Positions 39,256 to 48,604 of a DNA stretch of 64,000 nucleotides are shown one piece after another. Origin of the DNA: a virus. Under the pieces are notes generated by a model, which was not told the origin of the DNA, searched no databases, and saw only the letters and a list, made by a program, of their open reading frames with translations. Numbering within the stretch: position 1 is the stretch's first letter; every line of letters begins with the position of its first letter. The stretch lies in the IMG/VR virus record IMGVR_UViG_3300024581_002845, one strand, 5' to 3'. The translations under genes and the position numbers were made by a program.

Positions 39256-40523
39256 TTTTTTTCAGGGTCTTCTTGATCCTGAATGGGTTCTCTAACAATA
39301 AAGTTTGGTTTAGGTTGTTCTGTTGGTTCGGGTGTGGTTATTTTACCTGTTTGGATATCCAACTGTGCGGTTTCAACACTATCGGGTAATTGAACGTCCT
39401 CTTCTTGTTCTGTTTGATCCCAAGATCTTGTTTGTACTAAGTATTCCTCCAATTGTTCGTATCGATTTGCAGGTCTATTTGTTGCCGTTGGTTCGGGTGT
39501 CTCCGTTTTTACTTCAACATCAAACTCAATATTTGTGGATTCGGGTAACTCATCCAACACGACATCAATCTTTTTGATTTCTTCAGTTGTTTCTATAACC
39601 TCTTCTTGTGGTAAGTCTTCAACCATATCATTAAGGACCTGATCCAATGCATGATCCTCATCCCATTCTTCATTCTCTAAACCGTCTTCTAACGTTGAAT
39701 CCCAATCTCTGTAATCCTCCTCTGTTGGTTCAGGGATCTCATCCATCCAACTTGGTGGTTCCACTCCTCTTGCCTCATCAGGTAATGGTTCGTTGTAAAG
39801 ACCAAGATCCTCATCATTTCGAATCATCTCCTTTAGGAGTTCTCTTTGTTCCTCCTTAGTGATTCTTTCCTTTGGTTCTTTTTTGGTTTCATCATGAGGG
39901 TACTTCTTAAGTAACTCTTCAATCCTATCCAACTCTTCTTGTGTTGGCCTGAAACGAGAAACCTCCGCAACCAAATCAGATGCGTCTATCTTGTCTTCCT
40001 GTTTAGTTTCGTCACCTAATTCGGAATTTTCCCGATTAACCTCTTCTTTTTTAGCATTATTCTCTTCTTGGAACTTAACTAACATATGTAAGAATGAAAG
40101 TGAGATTAGTGGTAACATTCCACCCGCAAAAATTGCAAGGAATCGTCTATGTGATTGTAAGTCTCCCTGTTCAATACCTGAATATTCTAAAATGGGTCCA
40201 ACTAATTCAACCCATGAAAGAAATTGTTCGCTATCTATTTTGATATATTCAAACGCAAAAAATATGTTACCCACAAACTGAATTAAGGTAACAATTCCAA
40301 AGGGTACATATACTTTAGACCCCATTTGTGCGGATATCGCAGCTAACGCCGACAATGCCGCAATCTCAATACCTATTGAAAGGTATACCGCCCATGATAA
40401 TGGATTAGAAATACCATACCACTGAGTTACGTGTGATATCGATACAATTGCAACAGTAATGATTGGTACAAGAAACGCAAAATATATTATTGCCTTAAAA
40501 TTCTTACTAAACCACTTACCCAT
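39249..40523 (-). CDS. Multi-pass membrane protein (about 4 TM) with long acidic cytoplasmic tail
   Basis: Hydrophobic N-terminal ~150 aa; D/E-rich C-term ending EKKN on an A10 run. Confidence 0.8.
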   Translation of the reverse strand: MGKWFSKNFKAIIYFAFLVPIITVAIVSISHVTQWYGISNPLSWAVYLSIGIEIAALSALAAISAQMGSKVYVPFGIVTLIQFVGNIFFAFEYIKIDSEQFLSWVELVGPILEYSGIEQGDLQSHRRFLAIFAGGMLPLISLSFLHMLVKFQEENNAKKEEVNRENSELGDETKQEDKIDASDLVAEVSRFRPTQEELDRIEELLKKYPHDETKKEPKERITKEEQRELLKEMIRNDEDLGLYNEPLPDEARGVEPPSWMDEIPEPTEEDYRDWDSTLEDGLENEEWDEDHALDQVLNDMVEDLPQEEVIETTEEIKKIDVVLDELPESTNIEFDVEVKTETPEPTATNRPANRYEQLEEYLVQTRSWDQTEQEEDVQLPDSVETAQLDIQTGKITTPEPTEQPKPNFIVREPIQDQEDPEKKN

Positions 40524-40526
40524 TTA

Positions 40527-40814
40527 TTATTTGAGTTGTCCTTCCAACACTTCCAACTCCTTTTCAATCTCTGTTTGTCTATCTAAATCGAACATCTTTC
40601 TATCCGTGGCTTGGATCATTCTGTGTTCACTCTTAAGACCTTCTATTTTAAGTCTGAGATTAAGTTCTTCCTTGTTGAATGTGTTTTCTTTTATGTCCTG
40701 TATCTCTTTTTTAATTGCAGTGAGTTCTCTACTATCACCACATCCTCTAAAGAAGGTCAGTATTAGGACTACAAAGACCACTATTGTAAAATATTTGTCT
40801 AAAAACTTCTTCAT
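40527..40814 (-). CDS. Membrane-anchored coiled-coil protein, possible lipoprotein/spanin-like
   Basis: N-terminal TM then FRGC lipobox-like site; TATTTATA at 40834-40841. Confidence 0.6.
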   Translation of the reverse strand: MKKFLDKYFTIVVFVVLILTFFRGCGDSRELTAIKKEIQDIKENTFNKEELNLRLKIEGLKSEHRMIQATDRKMFDLDRQTEIEKELEVLEGQLK

Positions 40815-40832
40815 ATCTAAATGTTTATACTT

Positions 40833-41645
40833 TTATAAATACTTAAGTAAGGTAAAACTCTCATTACGTAGTTTTTTCATTGCCTTCTCCTTAAGTTGTC
40901 TTATTCTTTCTTTTGTACACCCGAATTCTTCACCCAAATCTTCCAAATTACTTTGGATCCCATTTAAACCGAAGTACTTTTCGATTATCGTTCTTTCCTT
41001 TTCACTTAAGATTGAGAGTGCCTTTCTAACGTGTTTCTTTCTTTCGTTCTCATTATCTAAATAGTTTTCGGGGTTAGGTGAATCTTTATTCACAATGATA
41101 TCGATCAATTGGTCCCCTTCACTATTTATCTCATCACTTAAATTTACGGTTTTAGGTATTAATTGTAAAGACTGTTTTTCGTATTTCGACAAGAAATTAG
41201 GGTCGTCCTCAGTAAATGTGAGTTTTTTATTTTTTTGATGTTCCTGAATTACGTTAGATGGTACACGGATAGTCCTTCCATTATCATTCAGGGACGACAT
41301 GATTGCCTGTCTAATCCACCAAACCGCATAAGAAATAAATTTAACTCTCTTATTAGGGTTAAACTCTTTGGCCGCCCTCATCATACCCAAATTACCCTCA
41401 GATACAAGATCGGGTAAATCCAAACCTTGATTCATATATTGTTTCGCAACACTTATCACAAAACGAAGATTCCCGACAACCAATTCGTTCTCTAATTGAA
41501 CTTTTTGTTCGGGAGTGATGTTTTTGTTTTTGAGTAGTTTGATAATTTGTTTAAGACGTTCGTTGGTGGTAACGGGTATCTTTTTTATGTCTTTGAGATA
41601 GAACGAGATCTCTTCGGCGTTTAGATACGAGTTTGGTTTCTGCAT
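40833..41645 (-). CDS. rpoD: RNA polymerase sigma-70 family factor (Bacteroidota RpoD-like)
   Basis: NLRFVISVAKQY, DLVSEGNLG, KFISYAVWWIRQAI, RTIRVP, region 4 LSEKER..TKERIRQL. Confidence 0.92.
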   Translation of the reverse strand: MQKPNSYLNAEEISFYLKDIKKIPVTTNERLKQIIKLLKNKNITPEQKVQLENELVVGNLRFVISVAKQYMNQGLDLPDLVSEGNLGMMRAAKEFNPNKRVKFISYAVWWIRQAIMSSLNDNGRTIRVPSNVIQEHQKNKKLTFTEDDPNFLSKYEKQSLQLIPKTVNLSDEINSEGDQLIDIIVNKDSPNPENYLDNENERKKHVRKALSILSEKERTIIEKYFGLNGIQSNLEDLGEEFGCTKERIRQLKEKAMKKLRNESFTLLKYL

Positions 41646-41696
41646 AGGTTGTTGTATTATAAAGTGAAAACGAGTAACTAATATAAAAAAATTTAT

Positions 41697-42146
41697 TTAA
41701 TATTCAAAATCATCTAAGAACTTTTTTTCGTCTTTTGTTAAACTATCGATACCCTCCTTCTTAATCTTCTCTAACACCTGATCTAAATCTAATGATTCAA
41801 TCCTACTTTGTTTAGAATATTGTATCATTAAGAATTGATCGGGTTTGTCAAGTTTAAAAATAAATTCCTTAACTTCTTGTGGTAGGTGTGCAGAAATTAT
41901 CTCATCCTTTCTAAACAAGAAATAAAACTTTATGTTTTGATCCAACAAGTCTTCATGTATCGACGTAGACAAGTCTGTCTGATCTTTCTTGGAATCTAAT
42001 ATGACAATTAAATTCTTATTATTCTCCACTATGAATTTTAATTTATCAACAGCGGGATTCTGTAATAATACCTCATTACAGTAGAATTCAATGTCTTCGA
42101 TATCATCAAACATACCGTAGATAAAGAGTACGTAACTATTTAACAT
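41697..42146 (-). CDS. Hypothetical protein with DUF6576-like C-terminus
   Basis: LDQVLEKIKKEGIDSLTKDEKKFLD. Confidence 0.6.
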   Translation of the reverse strand: MLNSYVLFIYGMFDDIEDIEFYCNEVLLQNPAVDKLKFIVENNKNLIVILDSKKDQTDLSTSIHEDLLDQNIKFYFLFRKDEIISAHLPQEVKEFIFKLDKPDQFLMIQYSKQSRIESLDLDQVLEKIKKEGIDSLTKDEKKFLDDFEY

Positions 42147-42836
42147 TTATTTTTTCTTGTTAAGGTTAATTTTCCAATACATTCCACCACTTACATATGG
42201 TGACACTCCGAAATCGGGTGTTGTCTGTACCCCTAAGTTTAGTTGATACAGTCTATCTTTTTTGGTTTTCCAAATAAGACCTCCACTTGCACTGTTGAAG
42301 ATATCTTGTTTGTTCATACCAATATTAAATCCATAATAAAATTGATTCTTCGGAAGATCCTTGACTATTGTCGTATTATAGACTGTGGGGATCTTAAAGA
42401 ACCAATTAACATCTCTCGATTGTATTTGATTTTGGGTGATTACGTCCGTTAAAATACCATAACCCAAATCTGAAGGTGGTTTATTACCTAACGAATCCGT
42501 AACGTTTTCAGGGAAATCGTAAGTTAGGTTAAGTGTGTCAACCACTTGGTATTTGGCAAAGTATTCTTTTAGAATTGCAGTTGTATCCACATCTACAGGG
42601 ATCTCAACTTCTAAGGTCTCTACTTTAGTTATGTATTTTGGGACGTATGTGGGTACTTCCACTGTTTTCTCAACATACACCGTATCTATTTTTTGGTCTA
42701 ATAGTTCATATTTCTTACCATCAACCTTAACGATGTCTATAGTACCATCCTGATCACCCGAACAATTTCTGAGTAAAAGGAATACACACAACCCCATGAT
42801 AATAACAGTCTTAATGTCAATATTATATCTTCTCAT
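42147..42836 (-). CDS. Putative lipoprotein (spanin-like candidate)
   Basis: Signal peptide plus LRNC lipobox-like site; aromatic beta-strand C-term; TATTTATA at 42856-42863. Confidence 0.55.
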   Translation of the reverse strand: MRRYNIDIKTVIIMGLCVFLLLRNCSGDQDGTIDIVKVDGKKYELLDQKIDTVYVEKTVEVPTYVPKYITKVETLEVEIPVDVDTTAILKEYFAKYQVVDTLNLTYDFPENVTDSLGNKPPSDLGYGILTDVITQNQIQSRDVNWFFKIPTVYNTTIVKDLPKNQFYYGFNIGMNKQDIFNSASGGLIWKTKKDRLYQLNLGVQTTPDFGVSPYVSGGMYWKINLNKKK

Positions 42837-42865
42837 GATGGTCTTTGTGTTTTCCTATAAATACT

Positions 42866-43540
42866 CTACTTTTTCTTCTTAACTACTTTATCGATAATAC
42901 CGTAATCGAGTGCCTCCTCCGCAGATAACCACATATCTCTTGTGGCATCATTCATCACTTGTTCTGCAGGTTTGTCACAATAAGACCCAAGAAGATCGAA
43001 TAATTGTCTATTGAGTTTTTTCCACTCTGTCATATCAATCTCCGCATCTTGAATGTTTCCTCTAAACCCACCACTTGATTGGTGTAACATAGTTCGTGAG
43101 AATGATAAAGAACCTCTCTTACCTTTAGTACCCGCACCTAATAGTATTGAACCCATAGACGCCGCCATACCCGTGTTGATTGTTTGGATATCAGACTCAA
43201 TGTAATCCATGACATCTACCATTGACAGTCCTGATTTAACAGAACCACCCGGTGTGTCAATATGCATCGTAATGTCGTTGTGGTCCATACTATCCAAGAA
43301 CATTAATTGTGCTTGTACAATAGTTGACATGTTATCGTTAACAGGTCCCGCAACCCAAATGATTCTCTCCATCATTAATCTTGAGAATACATCCATCACA
43401 GTCACGTTCATTTGTCTTTCCTCAAGAATGTATGGAGTAAGACTGTTTTCTATTTGTTTGTTGTAATAATGTAGGTTAAGTCCACTTACATTTTTGTCTC
43501 TTGCATAGAGGTCGAAATCTTTATATTCTTTTGATATCAT
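42866..43540 (-). CDS. clpP: Clp protease proteolytic subunit
   Basis: DVFSRLMMERII, DTPGGSV, AASMG (Ser), MLHQ (His), RDMW (Asp), EEALDYGIID. Confidence 0.95.
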   Translation of the reverse strand: MISKEYKDFDLYARDKNVSGLNLHYYNKQIENSLTPYILEERQMNVTVMDVFSRLMMERIIWVAGPVNDNMSTIVQAQLMFLDSMDHNDITMHIDTPGGSVKSGLSMVDVMDYIESDIQTINTGMAASMGSILLGAGTKGKRGSLSFSRTMLHQSSGGFRGNIQDAEIDMTEWKKLNRQLFDLLGSYCDKPAEQVMNDATRDMWLSAEEALDYGIIDKVVKKKK

Positions 43541-43558
43541 GATTAATTTTTAGTTTTT

Positions 43559-43589
43559 CAAAGTTAAACAAAATTTGTGTTATTCCAAA
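43559..43589 (-). promoter_or_regulatory. Bacteroidota housekeeping-type promoter TTTG-N19-TAACTTTG
   Basis: Perfect match to the -33/-7 consensus, 18 nt upstream of the clpP ATG. Confidence 0.75.
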
Positions 43590-43599
43590 TATATGGATG

Positions 43600-45945
43600 T
43601 TAAATTTTCACATTTAATGATTCTATCTTGGATATATTGTCATCCTTCTCGATCATTAATAAGTTGTCAGACCAAGTCCTAATTAGTGGGTTGTGAGATA
43701 TGACAAGAATATTATCAAAATAATCTTTTATCTTTTTAAAGAATTCACCCACCATTTCAATATTGTCATCCGCAACTTTACCAAAGACCTCATCCATCAC
43801 AACGAGGTTCGGTTTTGGTAGTGCAGAAACTTTCGTCAATACACTTCTTAATGCTAATGAAGCAATCGTTCTTTCATATCCCGAACCCGCCATGAGAGGT
43901 TTAACTACTCGAGTCTCATTATCAATCATAACAAACCCTAAGTCGTTTTTCTCGTTGATTCTGATCTCCAATTTAAACAAACAACTATCCTCTAACAAAT
44001 GACTTAGTTCGTTATTTAAAAATGGTATCATGTCTTTAAGGATGGTTTTTGAAATACCTGATTTACCAAACGCCGCACGATATGCCTTAAACACGTCTTC
44101 AGTCTTCTTTTCCTTTTCAATTGTCTTAATCAAATCACGGTTAGTGGTGATCTTCTTTTTGAAATTATCGATCTCGTTAGTGTAACGTTCAATGAGAATG
44201 TTACATTGTTTGATGTCGGAATTTGCGGTCTCTATTTTAGTACCGTAGATCAAAAGTTGTTTATCGATTTCAAGATTGCGTTCGTGTTTCTTTTTGTTAG
44301 CTTCAAAGTATTCTAACAACTTTATTTTGTTTGATTTATCTATTTCAAACTGTTTAATCTCCAACTCATAACGAGTGTTAATTAGTTTATTTTTTTCGTA
44401 TAAATCATACTCTTTTTTGAGGGTAGAGTGTTTAGTTTCTTCCGCTTTTAATTCTTTTTGATTTTTCTCTTTTTTGGTGATTTCACTTTTAATGTTTTTT
44501 ATCTCACCTTTCTTAGATTTAATTTCTTTAGTATTATCTACATTCTCTAAAGGTCTATTACATGCCGAACATATACTACCATCCTCTAAGTTCTTTATTT
44601 CCTTCTCAAGTTGGGTAATATTGTTATTTAAGACTTTTAGATCGAAATCGATATCCCTAATCTTGTCTTTGACCTCTTCATGGGTTTCCTCCAAATAATA
44701 CTCCTTAGGTTCTTTTACTAAGGTTTCACTTAGGACTTTATTAGTCTTAGATATCTTAGTGTCAATATCTGCAATCTCATTCTCAATTGTTTTGGGGTTG
44801 GTTTTAAATAATGTCTCGTCAACATCCCCGTGTTTCTCACTTAGAAGTTTATCCTTTTCATCGTTGAGTGTTTTGAGTCTTTGGGTTGACTCCTCCAAAT
44901 CTTTTTTGGTTTTGGTGATGTCATTATCTTTACCCTCGATCTGTTTATGTAAGTCCTCTATTTCACTTTGTAAGGTAAACGTATCGTAATGATTCGAAAC
45001 CATCTTATTAGTGAACTTATTCATCTCATCTCGAGCAACCTCATCTTTTTCTTTTAGTGCATCCAAACCAATGAATCGAGTAAGTAGTCTTCCTCTCTCA
45101 GTTGCTGTTGAACCTATTAAGTCTTCTAAGTTGGATCCCGTAGTTAAGATGGTTTGTAGGAAGTCACTCTCTGAACCTATTGCTTCTTGTATGAAGGTTT
45201 CGGTCTCACGTCTTTGTTCACCACTTAGATTCTGATGAGTACCATCAGGTAGTATTTTAAAGAACTCTAACTCCGCCTTAACTGTATAGTTATTGGTTCT
45301 CCCTAATTTTCTTGTAAAGTTCCGTTCAATGATATAATCATGTCCGTCAATTTCTATCACACCCTTAACTTTTACGTGGTCTTTATCACTGAATCGGTTG
45401 AAGACCTCGATATTGTTTTTGTGTTTAGTACTACTATTAAAGAATAAGAATAGTAGGGCGTCGATTGTTGCCGTTGTTTTACCCCCAAAGTTTCGAGGAT
45501 TAGATTCTACCGCAGTGATACCATCCAACTCAGTGAAATCAATCTTATTATTTTCACCAAACGAAAGGAAGTTAGAGTATTCAATACTCTTAATCTCCCA
45601 TTTATTATATTTTAATTTTCTCTCACCTTTCTGAGAGATGATCTCATTAACTTTCTTATCGAGTCTATCTAAATGGTCATAGTTGATGTCAGGAAAGTCG
45701 TTAGATTGTTTAACATACTCCTTAAGTAACTTATTTTGATAAGTCAGGTCTAAAATACTTTCACTTATCTCAAGGGATTTAAGTTTTGTATCACTCTTAT
45801 TACTAATAACCTTAGTATTAATAATAACATGACGTGTATTGTATTTTTCTTTAAAGTATTCCTTTACCCTGCGAACTGACTCCTTACTAAATGCACTTGC
45901 GGTGTCAGGCCACGTGACTTTTATGTATGCGTTTTCGTGTTCCAT
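43600..45945 (-). CDS. sbcC: SbcC/Rad50/T4 gp46-like recombination ATPase with N-terminal extension
   Basis: SNFLSFG, Walker A FGGKTT, Zn-hook CSAC, signature GSGYER, Walker B VMDEVF, ISHN. Confidence 0.9.
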   Translation of the reverse strand: MEHENAYIKVTWPDTASAFSKESVRRVKEYFKEKYNTRHVIINTKVISNKSDTKLKSLEISESILDLTYQNKLLKEYVKQSNDFPDINYDHLDRLDKKVNEIISQKGERKLKYNKWEIKSIEYSNFLSFGENNKIDFTELDGITAVESNPRNFGGKTTATIDALLFLFFNSSTKHKNNIEVFNRFSDKDHVKVKGVIEIDGHDYIIERNFTRKLGRTNNYTVKAELEFFKILPDGTHQNLSGEQRRETETFIQEAIGSESDFLQTILTTGSNLEDLIGSTATERGRLLTRFIGLDALKEKDEVARDEMNKFTNKMVSNHYDTFTLQSEIEDLHKQIEGKDNDITKTKKDLEESTQRLKTLNDEKDKLLSEKHGDVDETLFKTNPKTIENEIADIDTKISKTNKVLSETLVKEPKEYYLEETHEEVKDKIRDIDFDLKVLNNNITQLEKEIKNLEDGSICSACNRPLENVDNTKEIKSKKGEIKNIKSEITKKEKNQKELKAEETKHSTLKKEYDLYEKNKLINTRYELEIKQFEIDKSNKIKLLEYFEANKKKHERNLEIDKQLLIYGTKIETANSDIKQCNILIERYTNEIDNFKKKITTNRDLIKTIEKEKKTEDVFKAYRAAFGKSGISKTILKDMIPFLNNELSHLLEDSCLFKLEIRINEKNDLGFVMIDNETRVVKPLMAGSGYERTIASLALRSVLTKVSALPKPNLVVMDEVFGKVADDNIEMVGEFFKKIKDYFDNILVISHNPLIRTWSDNLLMIEKDDNISKIESLNVKI

Positions 45946-46459
45946 TAACTCTTTGTTTAATGTATTTTCCGTTTTTTAAATCGTATGTTTCTACGTCCTC
46001 TCGTCTAAAAGACAACCATTCCTCCACCTCATTACTATTTGATGGTTTGAAATGTGTACGAACTAATTTTTTAGGATCCCTAACAGTTTCGGCTCGTACA
46101 ACTATAAATTGAGTGAAATCAATGTTAGATCTCACAAATATATTTTTGGTGGAACTTACATTCTCCCTGAGTTTGTTATAATACATAAACTCGTCCTTCC
46201 AATACTTCTCTTTTCTCGACGGTATATTCACCGTTCTAAAGTCTTGTTCCGATATGAGTGAGTACACATCATTATCCCAAAAATTACCTTCCCACTTTCC
46301 GTGTTCGACTTCGACCCCTAATTCAGGATCTTTGACTCCCACTAAATCGATCTTATTATGAACTTCATTGTGTTTTAATAAGATCTTGAACTTGTTTTCG
46401 AAAAATTCTATTACCGCATTCCTTATCAGTGTGTCATTATATTTTGCGGGTACAAACAT
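45905..46459 (-). CDS. PD-(D/E)XK restriction-endonuclease-like protein
   Basis: KIDLVG..GVEVEHGKW catalytic-like pattern. Confidence 0.5.
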   Translation of the reverse strand: MFVPAKYNDTLIRNAVIEFFENKFKILLKHNEVHNKIDLVGVKDPELGVEVEHGKWEGNFWDNDVYSLISEQDFRTVNIPSRKEKYWKDEFMYYNKLRENVSSTKNIFVRSNIDFTQFIVVRAETVRDPKKLVRTHFKPSNSNEVEEWLSFRREDVETYDLKNGKYIKQRVNGTRKRIHKSHVA

Positions 46460-46465
46460 TCATAA

Positions 46466-46777
46466 TCATTTTATTCTACTCTCCTCGAAGAATTCGATGA
46501 TTGAGTTTATCGCCCATACGGCTCCCGCTGTAAACACCCCATCATAGAATATACCTACATATCCTACGTTAAATAATTCAGAACTAATACTACCTAATGT
46601 CGCAGACAAAAAGAAACCCACCCATGTAGATGTACATAAGGGACAATTTATTAATTCACCAAAAAATTTAGATCTGTTTGATATCCAATTACGTAATCCT
46701 TCGAATATGGATCCGTACACAATTATGGTCGTCATACCATACGCCATAAAAGTCCAAAAAATTAATAGTCCGATCAT
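46466..46777 (-). CDS. DUF1360-like membrane protein
   Basis: ELINCPLCTSTWVG; three hydrophobic segments. Confidence 0.6.
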   Translation of the reverse strand: MIGLLIFWTFMAYGMTTIIVYGSIFEGLRNWISNRSKFFGELINCPLCTSTWVGFFLSATLGSISSELFNVGYVGIFYDGVFTAGAVWAINSIIEFFEESRIK

Positions 46778-46782
46778 ATTAA

Positions 46783-46811
46783 AAGATACGGAAATTAATT
46801 TTAAGAATCAA
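46783..46811 (-). promoter_or_regulatory. Class I promoter TTGATT-N17-TATCTT
   Basis: Exact 17-nt spacer, 5 nt upstream of the ATG at 46777. Confidence 0.6.
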
Positions 46812-46817
46812 CCCCCA

Positions 46818-47402
46818 CTACTCGTCATATAACGAACTTAGGTTAGAATTTTTAAGATATTTCGCTTTATTTAAGTTAGATAACGAAGATGTTATTTTAT
46901 CCAACTCTTCCTTAAGTTTGGTGTTTTCGTCTCTTAACTTTTCAAGTTCCGAATCATTAACAACCTCCTTAATTACCTCTTTAGGTTTCTTTTTAAGTTT
47001 TGTCCCCAACTTAGATAATTTTTCAGACAACTCCTTCTTTTCTTTTTCCAAGTCGGCAATTTTATTACCAAGTTCATTTACCTGTTCATCGTCTGTGATG
47101 TAGACTTCTTTCTCAACAATAACTTCAATGGGTTTTTCAACCTCTACGATTTTTTCGACTTCTTTGATTACTTCAAAGGGTACTTTAACTTCTTTTACAA
47201 TCTCAACCTCTTTTATTACCTCTTTCTCTATCTCCTTTATGGTCTCTTTCCCTTTAACTATCGAGGGTGTTTCCCCGAATTTTAGAATTGCAAACCCTCT
47301 TTTAAATGTATCTTTTGCAAGTTTATTCGGGTCCTTTATATTGTTTAGTTTACAATACTCTAAGAACTCACTATCCAATATTAAGGAGGGTTTCAGACTC
47401 AT
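46818..47402 (-). CDS. Hypothetical protein with KEVIKEV repeats and coiled coil
   Basis: Repeated E-V/I-I-K-E-V units. Confidence 0.65.
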   Translation of the reverse strand: MSLKPSLILDSEFLEYCKLNNIKDPNKLAKDTFKRGFAILKFGETPSIVKGKETIKEIEKEVIKEVEIVKEVKVPFEVIKEVEKIVEVEKPIEVIVEKEVYITDDEQVNELGNKIADLEKEKKELSEKLSKLGTKLKKKPKEVIKEVVNDSELEKLRDENTKLKEELDKITSSLSNLNKAKYLKNSNLSSLYDE

Positions 47403-48174
47403 TTTCGATATCTTTTATATCGTTTATTGAGAAATGTAAAAACGGTTGATCGTTCTTGAGATCATGAAAATCGTATTTATCGTTCTCTATATCATAAATA
47501 CCATATCCATGATGTTTTACTGTTTCACCGAAATTCTGTTGTATTAAAGAACCTACCATCACAGCACGACCACCATCAGGTAACTCGAATACTTGTCTTT
47601 TGTGGATGTCACCACAAAGTAGGATGTCTAAATCCACAAAATTAAGTGGGGAATACCCTTCTTCAAACTCATATCCTGTATCAGTAGACAATCCCGCAAT
47701 CGGACTATGGAATAAACCAACATATAACCCCTCTCCTTTTTCAAATTCAGGTCTTTGATTATGTTGGTACAAAGAATAGACCACCCAATTTATATTTTCA
47801 TCCTCATACACCCCACTATCTTTATAGTATGATATCTTATCATTCTGTAACATATCTACAACAGGAGTTATACTATCAACTCTCTCATGGTTGTTCTCAA
47901 GAAAGTCATGATTACCCGGTATGATAACGACCTTACCCAACTCATTAGTAATATCGGTCAGGAACTTGGATGTGATAACTAATTGTTCATTAGATATATT
48001 GATCTTTTCATGCACGAGATCTCCCGCAATAACCACTCTAACCTCATCATATGAGTAATCTTTGATGCGTTCTTTTGCATCATCAATAAACCTTCTAAAC
48101 TGTCTTTCATAGTTATCGTGGTACTTATTTCGACGTATATGTATGTCGGCTGTATGTACAATTACTTTAATCAT
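47371..48174 (-). CDS. sbcD: SbcD/Mre11/T4 gp47-like metallophosphoesterase nuclease (short form)
   Basis: ADIH, AGDL, PGNHD, LFH, GDIHK motifs. Confidence 0.88.
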   Translation of the reverse strand: MIKVIVHTADIHIRRNKYHDNYERQFRRFIDDAKERIKDYSYDEVRVVIAGDLVHEKINISNEQLVITSKFLTDITNELGKVVIIPGNHDFLENNHERVDSITPVVDMLQNDKISYYKDSGVYEDENINWVVYSLYQHNQRPEFEKGEGLYVGLFHSPIAGLSTDTGYEFEEGYSPLNFVDLDILLCGDIHKRQVFELPDGGRAVMVGSLIQQNFGETVKHHGYGIYDIENDKYDFHDLKNDQPFLHFSINDIKDIENESETLLNIG

Positions 48175-48604
48175 CTAATTTCATTTTTTTACGATACTCA
48201 TCGTGTATTAAACTCTTGAATTTGGTAGTTGACCACCCATGAGATCGGTCAATCCAATGTATTGGGACATTTAACTCATCACCTGTAAAGGACTTATCCT
48301 TGTAATCGTCACCTAAGAACCTTACATCGGGTTGTATGTCTTTAATAAGTGTAAGAAGGTCCTCTTCGTATGTATATGTATATATGTTTGATACATATCG
48401 TAGTGAGAATAGAATTTTCATTCTTTCCTGAACCGATAAAATAGGTTTTAATTTCTCTTTAGGTCTCTCTATTGAAGGGTCAGTGTGTAATAATATGATA
48501 AACTGTTCACAGGTATCTGAACATTCCTTAAACATGTCTATATAACCCGGATGAATTACATCGAAGTTACCCGCAATAATACCTTTATCGTATTTTTTAC
48601 TCAT
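48167..48604 (-). CDS. Cytidylyltransferase-like protein (TagD family) 1
   Basis: GNFDVIHPGY, ER, RFLGDDY, RSHGWSTT. Confidence 0.85.
   Translation of the reverse strand: MSKKYDKGIIAGNFDVIHPGYIDMFKECSDTCEQFIILLHTDPSIERPKEKLKPILSVQERMKILFSLRYVSNIYTYTYEEDLLTLIKDIQPDVRFLGDDYKDKSFTGDELNVPIHWIDRSHGWSTTKFKSLIHDEYRKKMKLDD

Noticed and set aside
32478-46459. Classical type II restriction-modification pair (dam plus the 45905 nuclease)
   Set aside because: The genes are 12 kb apart with no evidence of a shared target; kept only as a speculative note.
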